Assembly: GCF_009914755.1 (NCBI RefSeq)
Contig: NC_060925.1
From: the human T2T-CHM13v2.0 reference genome, Homo sapiens
Strand: one strand, 5' to 3'
Length of the DNA: 64,000 nucleotides
Shown: positions 56,463 through 64,000 of the stretch, in pieces
Position numbering within the stretch: the first letter of the stretch is position 1
Layout of the letters: every line of letters starts with the position of its first letter
Translations under genes and position numbers: made by a program
The notes under the pieces: generated by a model
What the model saw: the letters and a program-made list of their open reading frames with translations, nothing else
Databases searched by the model: none
What the model was told of the DNA's origin: nothing

Positions 56463-59400
56463 AAAGGTGTCGGAATCAGGGAGAGAATTTCTTTTCATAA
56501 TGGTAGAGAAATTAAACTAGGAAGCCTCTTAAGTAAAGTTCTTTCTTATAATAACAATACTGAGCCCTAAGTGTTTTGCACATAGTAACTCATTAATCAA
56601 AAACAATCCAATGTGATAGATATCATTGTAATTTCTACTTTATGGATGAGGCAACTGAAGCACAGCGAATATTAGGTAACTGTTAAAGATAAGATTTGAA
56701 CCCAAGCGGTCTGGCACAGCAGCCGGAACCTCCGACCACCCATCACACAGTTCCGCCTCTATTAGAAGAAGACCACTCTGGGGAGCTTCCTGGGGGAGGA
56801 GAAACTCTTGTTACAATAATCAATAATCAATCAAATTTCCAAGGAGATTTCTCTGGACCTTTGGAGGGAGATTCAAAAGCCCTTCTCCATCCCACTTCTA
56901 GGTCTGCTTGCTAAGTCAGGAATAAAGCTACCCTGGATCTTCTGGAACTTTCTGTTCTCTGAGGCAGGAGGGCATTTCTTTGGCCAGGACCTCCCAGCTC
57001 AGAGGCTCATTGGCCCCAGAAACATGGGTGGCCCACTGGAGGTGGGCTGTGCCAGTTGGCTTTCAGACGGGAAGCTGCTGGGCACGCTTGTTCTCCACCA
57101 CACCTCTGCAAGGTGAACCTGGGACTGGGAGGGACAGCCTGCTGAGGACTGAGAGCGTGGGACACTTATGACTGTCACACTCCTTCTCTGCAAATCATCC
57201 TCTAAAAGGCTTCCCAGGGCTTGGCTCTGCTTGGTTCTCTGAGCTCCTCCTGCAGGCAGCTGCCTTTCAGTTCACTATTGTATCCCAGTGAATCCAAAAT
57301 TAGCTTGATTCACAACAGAAAATGAGCACAAAACCCCTCTATAGCCAGAGAGTGATTGTCTACAAAGTCCTATGTGGTAGAAATAAGGCTTTGCCCCAAG
57401 GAGCCATCTGGCTGTGTGCCCTCTCCCACACGCACACTTCCATTTGGCACACTTATTGTTATCCTGTGCTGTGAGGGAACAGAGGTACTGGCCACGGATC
57501 CATTGCAGAGGAGCCAGCTTATACTCCCACGGTGCTAGGAAGGAGGCGGGACAGGTAAGACAAGCACACAAACCATGGAAAAAACTGGAGGAAACTTTCC
57601 ACACCTCTTAAGCAACTGGTGCATTTCCCTGTGGTGTAGGTTGAGTAAGTAAGCCCGAGGAGAGAGGATGGGGTGGACTCAGATGCCCAGGGAGGCAAGT
57701 CTTGGTTTGGGGTTTTCAGGAAGGCAGGGCCACTTGTAGAGATTGCAGCTGGTGGTGAACTGGGGTCTGTGGAGGTGGCAGGCAGAAATAGCAACTCGTG
57801 TGTCCATGGTGGCACCGTTTTCAATGCGCCTTCATAACCATATCTCGTTTGATCCTGACAGTCCCTCTATAAGCAGTTTGCCACTGTCATTTTTCAGATG
57901 AAAACATCGAGGCTTAGAGGGGTTTCTGAGTAGCTGAGAAGTCAGGACTTCACACTCCCGATCTTTCCCCTGGCCTCCAGTTTGCCTGGCAAAGTCACAG
58001 GAAGTATCTCCATGGCACCGCATCAGCCCTCACAGAGCAGGAAACCTTGATTTCTACAGAGGCTGTTTCCTCCCAGCCTTGTGCAAGGCCCACTGCAGAG
58101 ACAAAATTATGGTGGCCAAAGTGTGAATGCCAAGGCCACACTGGTAAGAGCCAGTGGCTGGGCAGCTGCAGTCACCCCACCGAAGGTAGACGGGTGTGGC
58201 TCAGTGGCAGGCAGAGGCTGGTCCCCACAGGGAGGAGGAGGGAGCCTGTGGGCGGCCCAGGGGCTGCCCCTCTGTCCCCAGGGGAGTGGGTGGAGGCCTG
58301 AGGGGGACTGTGCTGAGATGTTTGGTCATCAGAGGTCGGGGTGGGGGGTTGGGGAGGTAAAGCAAGAGTCTCTTATTTTTAAACCAATCAATGAGAGGAC
58401 AGCTGTTCTTTGTTTCCATGAGCTCAGCAGAAGAGGAAATGGTTTGCCTGTGCGGTGGGGGAGGAGGAGAGGGTAGGGTTTTAGGTTAGTGCCCTGGCTG
58501 TGAGGAAGTGGAACTTGTTACCCAAGGACTTCCCTTTTAGGCAGAATGTCTGCTTTCCTACCAGGAAGAGTGGCTTGGCCCTCTGCTGAGGCTCTCAGAG
58601 GTTCTCCCAGCCTTGGGATCGCTGAGTAAAACCAGTCAGCACCATGTCACCCTATGGAGACTGGTATTACCTTGCGCCTGTGTGTGGTGACAGCGGGCAT
58701 CCTTTGGCCTGCATAGCAAAGGGCCACTCCCCTCCTTTCCTCCTGTCTCCCTTCTTCCCCAACCCCTCTCTCTTGGAGGACAGAGTCTGCTCCCCTAAAT
58801 TCTACTGGGTTCTTTTTCAGGCCTCCATCCCTGGGATTTGCTGGTAGAAGAAAGGGAATCAGCGCTGACTGAGCTCCTACTATGTGCCCTTCCTGGGCCT
58901 GGCACTGGAATCACAGGATGAATGAATAAGGCATATTTCCTGCCCTGAGGAGGCGTCTATAGGGGAAGTCGGAATTAAGGCACCTCCAGAATTCTGAGGT
59001 CAAGGGAATGTCAACAGAGCTGTGAACAAAATGCCCAAAGCCATGAAAATCTACAGAGAGAGACTCGAAGGGGAGGAATGGGGTAGGAGCTGGTGCCGAG
59101 GATGAGAGGGGAGAATTCACCTGGTGGAGAACTGATAGGTGGGGGCTGTTTTCAAAGTATTTTCACAAACGTTTATTCTCTTGACTCTCACAATAAACGA
59201 AGCCAGCCAGAAAGTATTCTCCCCATTTCAGTGATAAGGAAATGGAGGCTCAGAAGGGTGGAATGGCCCAGGGCAGGGCAAAGCTGGGGTGGAAGCATCG
59301 GTCTTGTGCTTCCACACTCATTGCACTTTCTTCCAGGCCAGGCTGAGGTCGGGATGGTGGAGGAGGTGGTGGAGGTGATGAGGTACCAGAGCAACCTCGA

Positions 59401-59640
59401 AGAAAGCTGAGAGGCAGGAGACCGCCAAAGGCAAACTTGGAACACCTGGTGACTCCGACTAACTCTCCATGTGGTGTCCTTGAGGACTTTTATGATACTG
59501 CTACCACTGCTAATAGTAATAAAAGCCACTATTTAATGTGTTTACTATGCGCTGGGTGTGCAAATATTGTGGAAAGAGTGAACATATGTGCAGAATGCTT
59601 AATAAACGTGATCTCCTTTTATCTTCAAAAGAACAATACA

Positions 59641-59941
<301 letters not shown>

Positions 59942-60528
59942 TCAATACGATTAATACTTTTACTTCTATTTTTCAGACAAGGAAATTGAGGCTCAGAGAG
60001 GTTAGGAACTTGCCAGAAGACCTACCAGCAAGTGGCAGAGCTAAGGTCCCATCTGACCCCAAAGCCCACCCATAACCGCTATGCAGTACTGTCCAGGCAG
60101 AAACACAAACATTACCCCATTGTTTTTATTCTTCAACACCTTTGGTATCATCCAGTCCCAGGACACTGGCTCCTGAGGAAGGAAGGCCCCTCCCACATCC
60201 TTTAAAATTCCCAGGCATAAAACCATGTTCACCAGCCACCGTGAGGGTAAGCCTCAGAGACAGGGACCGTGCCCACAGCCAAAGCAAACTTGCCACATCC
60301 TCGGCCAATGCCCTGCCAAGGAGGGCCACTAGCTATTTTTCATGCCTCAAACTCCCACTCTATCACAGCACCCAGAGCTTGGGGATGGGCTGAGTTGTCC
60401 CCCCAGACAACTCTCTACCGTGGAGAGACTGGGCCAGGGGAAGTAGAGAGAGGAAGTAGACCTTAGATAGAGGAGCGAATGTGGGTGGCTAAGCACTGTG
60501 GGTGTGAAGGGATGGTTGGGAGGCCCTG

Positions 60529-60538
60529 GGGACTTTCC
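60529..60538 (+). promoter_or_regulatory. Canonical NF-kB site
   Basis: GGGACTTTCC within GGGGACTTTCCCC. Confidence 0.55.
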
Positions 60539-61349
60539 CCGGAGGCTGAGCTACCCAATTTACTCCCCAACCCACCACAGGCAGGCACGCACACCCATAA
60601 TTTCAGGCGAGACGAGGCAGGCCTCTGAGAACAGCACTCCAACAGGCTTTATCTGAGTGCTCAGCTGGACTCAGAAATCAGAGCGCCTCCCCCAACCTGC
60701 CCCAGGACAGTGAAGGCTCCATGATGAGCCCTGAGTTCTCATCGCAGTTTCTCTTCCTTTTCTGTTTTTTTCTTGGCCTCTGCCTGGCAGGAGGCCTCTG
60801 GAAACCCTCGTTTTTCAGGCTGCTTCTCCGTCAGCCCCTAGGCCAGACCTTTTTATTTGACTGGTCTGGGGAAGACATGGGGAGGCCACTTGGCTAATGA
60901 GAAGCCAGTCGCCTTACAGCAGTGCCTCTTCTGAGACTTTCTGGGATTCTCTGGAAACACAGATGCCAGTTTTTCTTTTTATTTGCTTGTTTCAGGACAG
61001 AAGAGATTGAGTTTCAATAGGAGATGTGATTGTCTTTAAACACCTATGGGAAAATCCCTGGGCTCTGCAGTAAAAATACACACCATGGCTGTCCATGTCA
61101 TATGCGTCCTTGACACCACCAGGCAAAATGCACAGGCTGTGAAACACATTTGGACGCCCAAAGAGCAGGTCCTCCAGAGCACAAACACCTGCACCCACCC
61201 CAGGACAGAAGTGCTCAGGCAGGTGTCACCAGCGCAGCCCCTGGCCCCCGACTTTCCCCACTCCACACCCCCATTCACACAGAAGGGCAAAGACAGCCCA
61301 CAACCTTGGCTGGCTGCGCTCAGTCCTTGGCTCCAGCTGCCTGGGCAGG

Positions 61350-61560
61350 GGTTAACGAGGCAGGCGCGGCCACTCCCTCCCGCCACCTGCCACCCACCGC
61401 CTCCCTCCCGCGCCGCGTCACTTGTTTTTCTGCTGGGCTTTCCCGCCTCCCGCCGGCCGCTGACGTGGACTGGGGGCGTCACAGCCTCTACCTCAGCTGC
61501 CGGGAAGTGCTTCCCTTATATGGGCACAGACTCCGGAGGGGCCGGCAGGGCAGGGGCGCT
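61350..61560. promoter_or_regulatory. CpG-rich immediate-early-type enhancer (CRE half sites, ETS, CArG)
   Basis: CGTCA 61416-61420, TGACGTGG 61461-61468, GCGTCA 61476-61481, GGAAGT 61503-61508, perfect CArG CCTTATATGG 61514-61523. Confidence 0.72.
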
Positions 61561-63633
61561 CTTGGGGAGGGCAACAGCTGCCAGCCATCAAGGGCCAGGC
61601 TCTCCTCTCCCAAACAATGCCCAGGCCGGGGCAAAGGTGACCCGCATTTGGAAAAGGGAGGCCAGCCTCCCTGTCTCCTCTCAAGAGCCAGAGCCCAGGC
61701 GGGCAGCCTTCCCAGACGCTGTCGCTCTGCATCCTCCCTCTTTGGGTTTCTCATGAAATGTGCAGAGCTAGATTGAAATGCAGATGACCAGGTGGCCTTT
61801 CACTGATGCACTCTGATAGTCCCTGAATGCTCTGCATCCCAAAGTCTACGGCCGGAAGGCTGTGATGCTAGGCCACTGTTGGGTGGTAGAAAGGACATCC
61901 TTGCCTCTGCCTTGGGGCCTTAAATTTGTCTCATAATTCTTCAGGCCCCAGCTTCCTTCTCCATAAAATATGGAGGATACTGCCCTCGAGCCTTGTAAGG
62001 ACTAGATGAGTGTTCTGCTTGGTGTAAAACAGCTTTGCAAGCTGTAAAGTGCTATTCAGACTTACAGGTGGTCACTTGGTGCCAGGGAGGAGGAACCTGT
62101 TCAGGAGCCCCCTCCAGAACCTGCCTTTCCCGGGCCACACCCATGTGCTGTGAGAATGCCCTTTGACCCTGTTGAAAAGCTTAAGCTGTGTAAATAAAGT
62201 CATCCGGAGTTTGCCTCTTGTGTGTACTGTGGCGAGCTGTTTGTCTGGGGCCTCTGTTAGTAAGCAAGTGGTGAGCATGCTGGAGATGATCCTTCCAGCA
62301 GGGAGGGGAACCGCGGGTGAGCGGTCATCGTGCAAACGCCTCGCACAGTACTGGACACTGTGCAGCACATGACTGTCTTCTGTTGCTGCTAGTAAGAACT
62401 CTTTCCTTCCAAATCCAGCTCAGCTCAAAACTCCCAGGCCCAACAAGCTATTTCCTGCTGACACCTTCACTCCAACTCCTTGGTTAATTGTGAATCGTGT
62501 TTGTGCAGTGTGGCTCTGCCCATATTTGCCTGTCTCCTGGCAGCTTTGCGTCTGTGTCCTCGATGTGGATGCTTCTCCCTCCTTGGGAACTTGCAGCGTC
62601 CTGTGGGCAGGAACCGTTTCTCCCCAGTCAGAATGAAGAACCCACACTCTCTACCTCTGAGGGTGGGGACTAAATCTCCTTCCTCTTATCACTCTAGGAC
62701 AAAGACGACAAAAGGTATCCAGATCACGAGGTCAAGTGATTGATTTGTGACCCATGTGACCCATACATAAATGGCAGTGAGCCATAGGGCCAGCCAGACA
62801 TGGTAAATTTCTGCAGCATTTCTCCTCCCCACTCATTGGCTTCAACGAGCCCCCACGGAACCCTCTCTCAGGGAGGACTGTGCTAGGTAGCCAAGAAGTA
62901 GACTGCACAGTGGGCAGGCAGGTATACTCCCTTTGGAGATGGTTGTCCTCATTAAACATCAGGTATTTGAAGGTGACACCTAATTCCATGCTCCCAGTGG
63001 GTAAACTGTTCGTCAGCTGTGCCCAACTGCTCTTTAGGTGCTGGGCAAGATTGGTTCAATGTTTTATTCGAAGATCGATGAGTGATCCAATAGTTTTCCT
63101 CAAAATATTCCAGATTCCCCTGGAAGTGGGGATGGAGGGTGGAGAAGACCTTCCTTCTCATCAGTGCCTCTGGCTTTGGGATCTCAAGTCAGTTCCTTTT
63201 GGGAATCATCCTGCTGACCCTGAGCGCTCTCACTGTTGTGAGCCGTGTCAGGCCTGTCTCTTGTTTCTTCATATGAATTCCTTACAAGGTCTGTATATAC
63301 ATCATGGGCTTTAGTGAAGGTTGGGGTCTCCTGAGGGGGTTAATTTTGCAAAAATGTAAAGAGCTTAAAAAGGGAGTGTTGGGCATTTCTGTTCTTAAAC
63401 TTCCCTCGGCTTCCTCTCTCACATTGGCTCTAGGCCCTCCCAACACCATTTTAAGGTTACTCAAGCCCCCTTTTTTTGCTGCTCTCTCTCAGGAACAAAA
63501 ATATAGATTCCTCTTGTTTTCTTCTGTGGAGTAATTCAGCTCTAACCTCCAGCCACACCTCTGAACCTGTCTAAGAATTCAACGAGATAGGTCCAAAGCT
63601 TCTGAGTGTGTAAGTTCGTAGGCAAAGAGCCAC

Positions 63634-63937
<304 letters not shown>

Positions 63938-64000
63938 GAGCCGCTTTTTTTAAGCCTGGCAGGTCAGGCTGGAAGATCGTGGTGGTGGTCTTCCTGGACT

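Noticed and set aside
61036-61776. Overlapping 236-, 208- and 148-aa ORFs
   Set aside because: Open in several frames because the region is GC-rich and stop-poor; no recognisable protein. Better explained as the enhancer.

Overview
Human (primate) genomic DNA. The 5' end holds the first coding exon (MVRSVAWAG, - strand) and promoter of CHIT1 (chitotriosidase), which places the window in the CHIT1-BTG2 interval of 1q32.1. That BTG2 lies beyond the right edge is recalled, not visible here. No other intact host protein-coding sequence is supportable. Positions ~1-39.5 kb are a dense set of nested transposons: an HERV-K11 env remnant with MER11 LTR, L2, MER21, a fragmented L1MC, a Tigger1 > NPM1 retrocopy > L1PA6/7 > inverted L1PA3 stack cut off by a deletion, an SVA inside an Alu, and LTR41. 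Positions ~43-63 kb are largely unique sequence with regulatory signatures: CTCF motifs, a CpG-rich promoter-like patch, a canonical NF-kB site and a compact CRE/ETS/CArG enhancer. I see no evidence for a new gene system. The most unusual signals are fossil mutational events: an inverted templated copy of an Alu plus its unique flank inside another Alu, two L1 3' transductions, an orphan TSD-flanked insert, small snap-back insertions, and a deletion whose breakpoint lies inside an inverted L1 pair. Also notable are an intact L1 ORF0 facing CHIT1 and a CpG-retaining LTR41 carrying a CTCF site. Repeat subfamily calls are by eye from remembered consensus sequences, and old-element boundaries are approximate.
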